Below are positions 27,914 through 42,911 of a stretch of 64,000 nt of DNA, one piece after another; within the stretch, counting starts at the first letter, position 1, and each line of letters opens with the position of its first letter. The notes beneath the pieces are model-generated. The model saw only the letters and a program-made list of their open reading frames with translations. It was not told the origin of the DNA and made no database searches. Origin of the DNA: the human T2T-CHM13v2.0 reference genome, Homo sapiens. Made by a program: the position numbers and the translations under genes. The DNA is taken from the NCBI RefSeq assembly GCF_009914755.1, contig NC_060930.1; one strand, 5' to 3'.

Positions 27914-29650
27914 TCTATCACCTTTTATTATCCTAAAAGTCTTTGTTTCACCCACTTTTGTGAAGTATAGCTCCACTGAATATAGAATTATGGTAGACTT
28001 TTTTCCATATCCTTAAATATTTTGTTCTATTTTCATCTGGCCCTTGTTGTTCTGATGATAAATAAGCTAGTATGTGTATCTTTTTACTTCTTAAGTGTCT
28101 TCATTATTCTCTTGTTGCTTTCAACATTTTCTCTTTATCTTTTTTTTTATTAGTTTTATTATTACACATGTAGGGGAGGCATCTATATATTGATTGGTTT
28201 GGCAGTTTGCTATACTTTCTGAATCTGTTTATTAATATATTTTTACCAATTTTTAGAAATTTTAAACTGTTATTATAACAAAAAATTCTCTGTTTACTTG
28301 CTGACCTCTCTGGAACTCCATTTATACCCTACGTTATTGAGACAGTTCATTTATTTATGTTTTTCTCCCTAATTTTCAGAAAACTTTTACTGGTATCTCT
28401 TCAAGTGTTGTAGTCTTTTTTTCCCTTGCAATTTCCAACCTGTTGTTGTGTCCACACAACACATTTTTTTCATATGTTATACATTTTAGTTGCAGAATTT
28501 CCACTGGGTTCTTCTTTACATTTCCTAATTATCTGGTGAGATTCCCTGTATACTTTATTACTATATCTGCCATTCTCTCTACATCCTTTAATATATTTAC
28601 AATGTTTTATACTCTTTCTTTGATAATTCAACACCTGGATTGTCTCACAATCAGTTTCAGTTGAGTATGTTTCTACTTACTTTATAAGCCATATCTCTCA
28701 GGGTTTTTGTTTTTGTTTTTGATTTTTTTACATGTCTATTGATTTTTTATTACATATTGTAAATGGTAGATATACATGGTAGGAAGTTTAGATAACATTA
28801 TCTTCTTTTATGCGTATTATTATTATTATTATTTATATTTTTAGAGATGGTGGTACCATCATGTTGCCCAGGCTGGTGATGAACTTCTGGCCTCATGCAA
28901 CCCTCCCACCTCAGCCTCTCAAAGTGTTAGGATTACAGACATGGGCTACTACACTCAGCCACGTATTATTATCTTTTCTTACAGCCATAAAGTAACTGGT
29001 GATGCTTTCAATCTTATGAAGCATAATTTTCTTTTTTGTTAGGCTGCATCTACTTCAGTTTTGTTCCCAGGCTTAGGGTATATATTAGTCTAGACTGTGG
29101 TCATTGCTCTTAAGATATGAACTTCAAAGGCATTCAGATGATGCCAGAGGTGTTCAATGTACTGTCTCTTGTGCATCTTGTCTAACAATACAAAGTTTCT
29201 CAGCACTGTATGTCTTCACATATCACAGACAAGCAGTGGGTACCCTAGATGCTGCTAGGGTTTCCAAATTATTGTCCTACACACCTAAAACTCAGCCCTG
29301 CCCAAGCATGTATAGGAAGTTTATGTACAGACTTTTAACGCCCCACTTAGGTCATTTCACTCCTTTATTTTGCCCTGAAAAGTCTAGATTTGCAACATCC
29401 CCAAATTCCAATCTCTGCCCCCTCAGCTCAGTGAGTCTACCATATCTTCTCAAGCTCTACCTAATTAAACTTGAGTTTAAAATGGGTCTTCAGGCCAAAA
29501 GCCAGTTCAAATATGGGACCTACCTCTTATGTTCCCTAATCAGAAGGATCTTAAGCTTCCTGTTGTGCAACAACTGAAAACTTTTGCTTCGTGTATTTTT
29601 GTCCAGTGATTCATTTTGTCAGGACTTCAGTGTTATAAATGCCATCATGA
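27914..29650 (-). mobile_element. Old L1M relic, right part (ORF1/5' region), continuing 13065-15015
   Basis: AAAGTCTTTGTTTCACC..CACTGAATATAGAATT resumes where the left part stops; AAAACTTTTGCTTCGTGTATTTTTGTCCAGT resembles an L1M 5' end. Confidence 0.65.
28824..28960 (-). mobile_element. FLAM/AluJ left monomer
   Basis: TAGAGATGG..ATGTTGCCCAGGCTGG..CTCCCACCTCAGCCTCTCAAAGTGTTAGGATTACAG; TSD CGTATTATTAT at 28813 and 28962. Confidence 0.85.
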
Positions 29651-31539
29651 TATATATTTCTGACATTTGACTTAAATCAATATGATTACTAGCTGAGTAG
29701 AATTCTAAGGATGGCTTTGATAAGTCTTACAGTTTTAGAAAATATTTCAAAAAAGGAAATTAAAAATTCATAAATTGCTTTTTTAAAATGTGGAAAAAGA
29801 AACTTTTTTATTAGACCCATATTTACTGATCCTTAATTGGTTTATTTTATGTTAAATCTAATTTGATTTTGGAGACAACTGCAAAATATTAAAAATACAA
29901 TGATTTAGAAGTTACTGAATAGGACTGGCTCAGGAGAGAGGCTGGATATGTATTGACTACATTGACTCATTGAATTTTTTGTAGGTGTTTCAGTGAAATT
30001 TTAAATGGAGGAAAACTGTGTTATATGAATTGTAGTAAACGTTAAAACAATAAGAAGAAGAAAATAAATAAAAAAGATTAAAAAGTAGGTAATGCAAAAA
30101 TTATACAGAAAAGTCAATTGAGTGGATAGCTAGTTTGAATAAATAGAACAGTTTTTAAGCTGAACTTAAACTCATGCATAATTCTTCAAAAAACAGCATA
30201 CTTCCAAATTTGGATTCAGAGATCATTTAGAGTTATTCAGAATATTCAAGTATAGTTAAAATGATAACTATCTTACTCTCTGCATAATTTTAATAGCCTA
30301 TCATTACTGTCCCAAATTTACCATAAAATACCACTAATGATCTATAATCTGTTTAAAAACTTCTTCAGAATAAGGTGACATCTGGTAACTGGATAAAAAA
30401 CAAAACTGAGCAGTAAGCAAAAGTTGTTTCTATAAAGTAGAGATCTCCCTTTCCTTAGTGCTCTCTTTTTCTTTTAAATGTAATTCTTTTATTTTATAAA
30501 ATACTTACTGCTAACTAACTAAGCTAGTCTTTGATCTGTAACACAGGATCATAAAAAATAACTGCACGTGATGAAACTGCAACTGAAATGTGCAAACAAA
30601 TCTTAATAATCAATTGGGAAAACCAGATTTGTTCTGTGACCTTTAGAATTGTCAAAACATTAAAAAATTTTACTACCCATTATGAATGTATAGGAAAATG
30701 GAAAAATTAAAATTAGTATTTATTTAACACACTGTTGTTTAAAATTCTAGCAACATTGGTAATTAGTTTTTAATTGGTTTTCAAAAACAGTAGGAGTGAG
30801 CATCTTCTCTATGCCTTGGTGAGTTGTTTCCTTACTCTTTTCTAAGTTGGAGTCAATTTTCAATATTTTACCAGTTGAACTTTTTATGCCAGGAAATTTC
30901 TCTCAGAGTTCTTTTAAATATAAACATTTTTGCCAGTGTCGCTTCCTATGGGAAATCTTTAGCTTTTCATAACAACCACTTTTCTCATTTGTATCAGTAA
31001 GTGCACATTAACTAAGTTCCTCCGTCTCTATATCTAGTATCTATTAAAGGGAAATGATGTTAGCATTCTTATTGTCAGCTATTTATTTTGTAACTCCAAA
31101 TTCATGTTTAATTTGCATTTTATTTGCAGCATTATCACTTTTTGTTTCTCTGATGCACTTTTATTGGCCAACTCTCATTTTCGATTACGTATTTTTGTAA
31201 AATATCATGTGGGCTTATCACTGAGAGACAAGAAGTCAATGCAATTGCATGCTTTGCTGTCTGTACATGAACTGAGTAAGAGATCCACAGTGACCAACCA
31301 CTGACAGACTGAAAATACAGAGACATCTGTTATTCACAGGGTGCTTTGTAGATTGAAGAATTAGCAGGGAAGTTTGTCTTTTCTGTAATTTGTCAGTTAA
31401 TGTATAGTTGTAACTGATATTTAAACTGTTTCGGGACTGGTGTTAATTAACCAACACAGGTGATAACTAATATTTATGCATGTCATATCAGTGCAAAGTG
31501 AGGACTCTGCCTGTATTCATTACCTGTAGGTAATGTATT

Positions 31540-32010
31540 TGCAAGGCAGATACACTCCCAGACTTCAGAGGGGAACAAGAAGATATTCAACAAGCAAAAC
31601 TAATTACAAAACACAAATTCTCTGAAGGAAAAATTAAGGGAGATATGAGAGCCTGTACCAATGAGAAATCAGCTAATCAGAGAGGAGATCAGGAAAGAGG
31701 TCCATGATAAAGGGAGGATTGAGCCTGAAAGATGAATTTTAATTAACCTCTCAAATAGTTGTTGGAAAAGCATTCAAAGCAGATGGAACATAAGACATGT
31801 GAAAAGTTATAAGGAAGCAACTCATTCCACTATTCCTTTTGACTGAGCAGCATGTGCATATGCATGTGTCTGTGTTAGGAAGGGGTGAAATACAAGAGTT
31901 GAAGAAGCAGGCAGGGATCAGACAATACGGGATATTTCTGGTATGCTATCAAGAGAAGTGGAAGACAACATGAGAGTTTTGAGCTGAGAAATGATAAATT
32001 TGCATTTTTA
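31540..32010 (-). mobile_element. L2 relic
   Basis: Purine-rich reverse L2 motifs (GATCAGGAAAG..TTGAGCCTGAAAGATGA..GCATTCAAAGCAGATGGAACA..GCAGGGATCAGA..TTTGCATTTT). Confidence 0.55.
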
Positions 32011-33146
32011 AAGAAAAAATAATATTTCAGTTCTTTCCTAGACAAAGAAGCTTATTTTCTGACAAAACAACATTTTTTGGAGGCATTGGATTTATTGTTA
32101 TTTATTGCCTTATTGGATTTATCCTAAGATTTATTGCTATGATTTTTTTATGAAAAAGAAGCTCAAGAAATGAACACTGCGTTCACTAGGCTTTCTTTTT
32201 GAAATTGTTTTTTAAAGCATCAATTCAAGAAATTAAGGCCCAAACAGTTTCACTCTTGATGGACAAATGTCAAGCATTAAAAATTTAGGAGGTGAAGACA
32301 TCTCATATTTTTGTAGGTGGGGAAGGGTCAGTGAACTAAAGAGAGAACTTCTATATATTTGACTAATTTATAATCTGTCCCTGGGCATGGAGGCACTCTG
32401 GAAAGCTGAGAAGCAATCTGAGAAGCCACAAAAAAGCTAGAGAGATGCTGGAATGTAGGCAAAGCAAGCATGAATAAACATTGAAAACACTCGTTTAGCA
32501 GAAACAAGAAAGTCCATGCTGTAAGAGTAAGAACCATACTCTAGGAGTAAAGACAAGACAGAAAGACAAGACAGAAATAGAAAATTCCTTTATAATGCCA
32601 AAAAAAGCATTTTGACAAGATCAATTTGACTTGTTAGAAATTTAACTAACTGCTAGAATGAAATTTAACATATTTTTAAGGAAAATATAATCACCAGAGC
32701 CTCTAAAATGCAAAAGTCTTGTAAAATTTCTAGCAAACAATAAAAGTAATGACCACTAGGGAAATTTAAAAACTCTGTATGGAAACTTTTGCTTCTGACC
32801 TAGATGGAGTAATAGGAACCAGATGGCTCCAAAAACCTGAAGTAATGAATGATTAATTCTGCAAACATACAGAAGAGCTTCACATGTAAAACCACAAGCC
32901 ATTCCTGAGAGAAATTCAAGAAGCTCTAAATGAATAGAGTAATATACGATATTCATGAATCAGAACATGCATGCTATATTGATAAAATGTTAATTCTTAC
33001 CAAATCAATCTATTCAATAAAATTTCAATTAAAATCCTGGCAGGCTTTTTAAATAAATCAGTTAAGGCTAAATTTAATACAGATATGCAAATAATATAAA
33101 ACACCAAAAACAACTTTGAAAAAGAAGAAAAAAGGAAGAATCTACT

Positions 33147-34048
33147 GAGGAGCCAAGATGGCCGAATAGGAACAGCTCCGGTCTACAGCTCCCAGCGTGA
33201 GCGATGCAGAAGACGGTGATTTCTGCATTTCCATCTGAGATACCGGGTTCATCTCACTAGGGAGTGCCAGACAGTGGGCGCAGGTCAGTGGGTGCGCGCA
33301 CCGTGTGCGAGCCGAAGCAGAGCAAGGCATTGCCTCACTTGGGAAGCACAAGGGGTCAGGGAGTTCCCTTTCTGAGTCAAAGAAAGGGGTGACGGAGGGC
33401 ACCTGGAAAATCAGGTCACTCCCACCCGAATACTGAGCTTTTCCGACGGGCTTAAAAAACGGTGCACCATGAGATTATATCCTGCACCTGGCTTGGAGGG
33501 TCCTACGCCCACGGAGTCTCCCTGATTGATAGCACAGCAGTCTGAGATCAAACTGCAAGGTGGCAGCGAGGCTGGGGGAGGGGCACCCGCCATTGCCCAG
33601 GCTTGATTAGGTACACAAAGCAGCCAGGAAGCTCGAACTGGGTGGAGCCCACCACAGCTCAAGGAGGCCTGCCTGCCTCTGTAGGCTCCACCTCTGGGGG
33701 CAGGGCACAGACAAACAAAAAGACAGCAGTAACCTCTGCAGACTTAAATGTCCCTGTCTGACAGCTTTGAAGAGAGAGGTGGTTCTCCCAGCACGCAGCT
33801 GGAGATCTGAGTACGGGCAGACAGCCTCCTCAAGTGGGTCCCTGACCTCTGACCCCCGAGCAGCCTAACTGGGAGGCACCCCCCAGCAGGGGCACACTGA
33901 CACCTCACACGGCAGGGTACTCCAACAGACCTGCAGCTGAGGGTCATCTCTGTTAGAAGGAAAACTAACAAACAGAAAGGACATCCACACCAAAAACCCA
34001 TCTGTACATCACCATCATCAAAGACCAAAAGTAGATAAAACCACAAAG
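33147..34048 (+). promoter_or_regulatory. L1 5' UTR internal sense promoter and antisense promoter, YY1 site intact
   Basis: CAAGATGGCCG at ~33154; the most CpG-rich segment of the window; complete ~900-bp UTR. Confidence 0.85.
33411..33593 (-). pseudogene. L1 antisense ORF0, truncated to 60 aa
   Basis: MAGAPPPASLPPCSLISDCC..IRVGVT* matches the ORF0 N-terminus; TGA replaces the Arg codon. Confidence 0.85.
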
Positions 34049-35065
34049 ATGGGGAAAAAACAGAACAGAAAAACTGGAAACTCTAAAAAGCAGAGCGCCT
34101 CTCCTCCTCCAAAGGAACGCAGTTCCTCACCAGCAATGGAACAAAGCTGGATGGAGAATGACTTTGATGAGCTGAGAGAAGAAGGCTTCAGACAATCAAA
34201 TTACTCTGAGCTACGGGAGGACATTCAAACCAAAGGCAAAGAAGTTGAAAACTTTGAAAAAAATTTAGAAGAATGTATAACTAGAATTACCAATATGGAG
34301 AAGTGCTTAAAGGAGCTGATGGAGCTGAAAACCAAGGCTCGAGAACTACGTGAAGAATGCAGAAGCCTCAGGAGCCGATGCGATCAACTGGAAGAAAGGG
34401 TATCAGCAATGGAAGATGAAATGAATGAAATGAAGCAAGAAGGGAAGTTTAGAGAAAAAAGAATAAAAAGAAATGAGCAAAGCCTCCAAGAAATATGGGA
34501 CTATGTGAAAAGACGAAATCTACATCTGATTGGTGTACCTGAAAGTGATGGGGAAAATGGAACCAAGTTGGAAAACACTCTGCAGGATATTATCCAGGAG
34601 AACTTCCCCAATCTAGCAAGGCAGGCCAACGTTCAGATTCAGTAAATACAGAGAATGCCACAAAGATACTCCTCGAGAAGAGCAACTCCAAGACACATAA
34701 TTGTCAGATTCACCGAAGTTGAAATGAAGGAAAAAATGTTAAGGGCAGCCAGAGAGAAAGGTCGGGTTACCCTCAAAGGGAAGCCCATCAGACTAACAGC
34801 GGATCTCTCGGCAGAAACCCTACAAGCCAGAAGAGAGTGGGGGCCAATATTCAACATTCTTAAAGAAAAGAATTTTCAACCCAGAATTGCATATCCAGCC
34901 AAACTAAGCTTCATAAGTGAAGGAGAAATAAAATACTTTACAGACAAGCAAATGCTGAGAGATTTTGTCACCACCAGGCCTGCCCTAAAAGAGCTCCTGA
35001 AGGAAGCACTAAACATGGAAAGGAACAACCGGTACCAGCCGCTGCAAAATCATGCCAAAATGTAA
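34049..35065 (+). pseudogene. L1 ORF1p (RNA-binding chaperone) with one premature stop
   Basis: MGKKQNRKTGNSKK..QANVQIQ*; TAA at 34643-34645; frame resumes and ends NRYQPLQNHAKM. Confidence 0.95.
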
Positions 35066-35128
35066 AGACCATCGAGACTAGGAAGAAACTGCATCAACTA
35101 ACGAGCAAAATAACCAGCTAACATCATA

Positions 35129-38957
<3,829 letters not shown>

Positions 38958-40016
38958 ACAATGAGATCACATGGACACAGGAAGGGGAATATCACACTCT
39001 GGGGACTGTTGTGGGGTGGGGGGAGGGGGGAGGGATAGCATCGGGAGATATACCTAATGCTAGATGACGAGTTAGTGGGTGCAGCGCACCAGCATGGCAC
39101 ATGTATACATATGTAACTAACCTGCACAATGTGCACATGTACCCTAAAACTTAAAGTATAATAATAATAAAAAAAGGAAGAACCTACTAAACCTGGTTGC
39201 ATGACATAAAGTTATAGTAATCAAGGCAACGTAATATTAGAGTAAAGACAGGTATATAAATCAAAAGAATAAAGAGTCCAGAAATATTCATGTTCCTATG
39301 ATCAATTAATTTTTGATGAAGGTGTCAATGCAAATTATACTATATTGTAAAAAATTATGCTGATCCAAAATAAATGAACCTCGGCCTTTACCTGGCACCG
39401 TATACAATAATTAAATAAACATGGATCATAGAACTAATGTAAAAACTAAACCTATAGAATTTCTAGAAGAAATCATAGGTGAAATTTTAAGTGACAATTG
39501 ACTGACTTGACAAAAATCCTTAAATACAAACTAAAAAAAAAAAATAAGTAAATAGATCGGTCTTTATTAAAATTAGAATCTTGCTCTTTAAAAGACCCTC
39601 TTAGTATAATAAAAAAAACAAGCTACAGACTGGTGGAAAGTATTCGCAGAACAAATAGTTGACAAAGAAGATCTAACTAAGAGTATACAAAGACCTCTTA
39701 GAATTCAACTTTAGGCTTAGAACAAGTTTTTTTAAAATAGGCCAGATTGTTGAATAGATATGTCACCAAAAATGTATAAATAGAAAACAATCACATGACA
39801 AGAGCTCAACATCAGTTTTTATTAGAGAACTATGAGTTAAAACCACAATAAAACACCAAAACGCCCACCAAAATGTCTAAGATTCAAAAGACTGAACTTA
39901 TCCAAGGATCAGTGAGAATGTGCAGCAAATGGAGCTTTCATACATGACTGATTCGAATGTAACATCTTAACAGGAATAGATAAAGAATCAGTGGTGCATC
40001 CATAAAATGAAATGCT

Positions 40017-40260
40017 GTAACAAAGTATCACAAACTAAGTGATACTTTGCTACAGCAGCCCTAGAAAACTATTACAAACATCAAATGTATGTGTTTTGAC
40101 AGATTTATATTTATTTCATTTTTGAATTTTTCTTTTCTAAGGTTTTAATATTTCCCTAATAAATGCAGAATATTTCGTTTGTCTCATATTAGGACAGGAA
40201 TTTCTCAAATTCATAATTTTTTTTTGATATTTCAATTAAAAATAATGTTATTTAAAAGGA
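40017..40260 (+). other. TSD-flanked retroposed insert (MLT1 LTR 3' end plus unique sequence) with a short 5' inversion
   Basis: Perfect 13-bp direct repeat AAAATGAAATGCT at 40004-40016 and 40261-40273; host L1M resumes after it; ATTAAA at 40235 and an A-rich end. Confidence 0.7.
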
Positions 40261-40679
40261 AAAATGAAATGCTCTGAATACAAAGGAATAAAATATTGTT
40301 ACACACAACAGCATAGATAAACCTTAGACTAATTAGGCTGAGAAAGTCAGACAGAAAAATGCACGCACTGCATACCATTTATATAAAACTCCTGGATGTC
40401 CAAACAAATTCGTGTGACAGAAAGAAGATTGGTGGTTGCCTGGAGCTGGAGGAGTGGATGAAGAGGAGAAGCAGAAAGAAAAAAATGTACACAAGAGAAA
40501 TTTTGAGGCTAATAGTTACATTCATTATCATGATTGTTTTATTGGTTTTAAGGGTTATACATAGGTCAAAATGTATCAAATTTTACACTTGAAATATGTA
40601 CAGTTTGTTCTATGTCAATTATATTACATTAAAGCTAGCTGAAAATAAGGAGAGAAGAACATTTTCTTTTTGCACTCTG

Positions 40680-41270
40680 ATTACAGTGTGGAGACTGGAC
40701 TGTAGAGAGAAATAATGGAAGAAAAGGGAGAATTTTAGCATGCCTCCAAATTCTTCTCAAGAATATGGTAAGCAGAGGTTATTGATTGTAGGTGTGTATA
40801 CAGAACTGAGAAATATATTGAGGTAAAGCAAAGGTAAAGATAAAGTAAAGCCCTCAATGTTAGATTGGAAATGGGAGGTAAGGATAAGGTAGAAGAAAGA
40901 TTAAAGCATGACTCAGATTTGTCTTGCTCAACTGGAGGAATTGGGATTCTTTTCTATGCTGTAGAGAAACCTGGACTAGGACCAAGTTTCTAGGAGGAAA
41001 CTGTTCAATTCAGTTTTGGAAATGCTGAGTTTGAGGCTTGCTTAAAGCCTCACAATTGAAGGAGTTGAGTAGAAGTTTGGGCAAAGAAGCATAGTTTGGA
41101 AATATAAATTTGGGATTCATTAGACATTTGATGGAATATTAAGCTTTAAAAATTAGAGAGAGAGGCAAATGAAAGTTTTCATTAGAAAGAGAAGAGACCC
41201 ATGAAAGAGATTAGGCAATTTCTAATCTACAAAGAGAAACCGACAAAAACACTAAGAAATTTCTATAATT
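40680..41270 (-). mobile_element. L2 relic
   Basis: TAGATTGGAAATGGGAGGTAAGG..AAGCATGACTC..TTCAGTTTTGGAAATGCTGAGTTTGAGG..GGAAATATAAATTTGGGATTCATTAG. Confidence 0.7.
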
Positions 41271-41350
41271 TATAGTGACCATTTATCAAATTTGTACTAA
41301 ATGAAGGAATGAATAATGATTTTTATGAAAAAACATTCAAATCAAAAACA

Positions 41351-42077
41351 TTGCAAATCAAAACCACAATGAGATACCATCTCACACCAGTCAGAATAGC
41401 TATTTTTAAAGAGGCAAAAATTAACAGATGCTGATGAGGTTATGGAGGAAAAGGAACTCTTATACACTGTTGGTGGGAGTGTAAATTATTTCAACCATTG
41501 TGGAAGACAGTGTGGTGATTCCTCGAAGACCTAAAGACAGAAATACGATCCAACCCAGGAGTCCCATTACTGGTTATATACCCCCAAACATGCAAATCAT
41601 TCTATCATAAAGTCACATACATGCATATGTTCATTGCAGCCCTATTCACAGTAGCAGAATCAACCTAAATGCCCATCAAAGATAGACTGAGTAAAGAAAA
41701 TGTGGCACATATACACCATGGAATATTATGCAGCCATAAAAAATGAGATCATGTCCTTTACAGGGACATGGATGAAGCTGGAGGCCACTATCCTTAGCAA
41801 ACTAATGCAGGAACAGAAAACCAAATCCTGAATGTTCTCACTTATAAGTGGGAGCTAAGTGATGAGAACACATGGATGTGTGGGGAAAACAACACACACT
41901 GGGGCCTTTCAGAGATTGGAGGGTGGGAGGAGTGAGAGGATGTGGAAAAATAACTAATGGGTACCAGGTTTAATACCTAGTTGATGAAATAATCTATACA
42001 ACTAACCCCCATGACGTAAGTTTACCTATGTAACAAAACTTCATATATACCCCTGAACTTAAAATACAAGTTAAAAA
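41351..42077 (+). mobile_element. 5'-truncated L1PA13/14-like 3' end
   Basis: GCAAATCAAAACCACAATGAGATACCATCTC..AAGACCTAAAGACAGAAATAC..AAAAATAACTAATGGGTAC..CCCCTGAACTTAAAATACAAGTTAAAAA. Confidence 0.9.
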
Positions 42078-42407
42078 TGATTTTTTAATCAAAACCCTAT
42101 CTTATCATGTTGGCATTTACTCAGTATTCAAAATAATTTTTAATGCGTATTGGTATTTTTAAGCTTTATTAACCACCCATTGGAATGTTATTCTTCCTAC
42201 ATCTCCATTCATGTAACTAACAATATTGTTAGAGATGACATGTGCATCCAAACAAATGGCAGGTTAGTAGACTTACGAGCAATAATCAATATTTTTTTTC
42301 TAATCTGTTCCTGGTAGTGTGCATTTAGAAACAGGAAGTCTTCTATTTCACATCAGTAATAGTAATAATAAAGCTTCAGTGTAAACATTTGTGAGTTAAG
42401 AATCCCC

Positions 42408-42702
42408 GACCGAGCGCCGTGGCTCACGCCTGTAATCCTAGCACTTCGGGAGGCCGAGACGGGTAGATCACGAGATGAGGAGATCAAGACCATCCTGGCT
42501 AACACAGTGAAACCCCATCTCTACTAAAAATACAAAAAATTAGCCGGGCGTGGTGGCGGGCACCTGTAGTCCCAGCTACTCAGGAGGTTGAGGAAGGAGA
42601 ATGGCGTGAACCCGGCAGACAGAGCTTGCAGTGAGCCGAGATCGCGCCACTACTCTCCAGCCTGGGCGACAGAGCGAGACTCCCTCAAAAAAAAAAAAAA
42701 AA
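42408..42702 (+). mobile_element. AluY SINE
   Basis: CCATCCTGGCTAACAC, GAGAATGGCGTGAACCCGG, GAGCTTGCAGTGAGCCGAGATCGCGCCAC; many CpGs retained; TSD core AATCCCC on both sides. Confidence 0.95.
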
Positions 42703-42825
42703 AATCCCCTTGGTTTCAGTTTGTAAAAAAAACAGAATTTTCTTAAAACAACTGAAATCTTACACTAGACCTACAATTGTGCAATTAACAGAACACTATC
42801 TTTTGTGGAAATTTTCTTTGTGGAA

Positions 42826-42911
42826 TTTTCTTTTCAACATTTTTTAAGTTCTGAGGTACATGTGCAGGATGAGAAGGTTTGGTACATAGGTAAACCTGTG
42901 CCATGGTGGTC
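42826..42911 (-). mobile_element. Very short L1PA 3' terminus
   Basis: TTTTAAGTTCTGAGGTACATGTGCAGGATG..ACATAGGTAAACCTGTGCCATGGTGGT. Confidence 0.8.

Noticed and set aside
29104-29577. 157-aa ORF
   Set aside because: Non-ATG start, no recognisable domain, and it lies antisense within a decayed L1M 5' region
31518-31535. Palindrome CATTACCT-GT-AGGTAATG
   Set aside because: 8-bp arms are expected by chance in 64 kb
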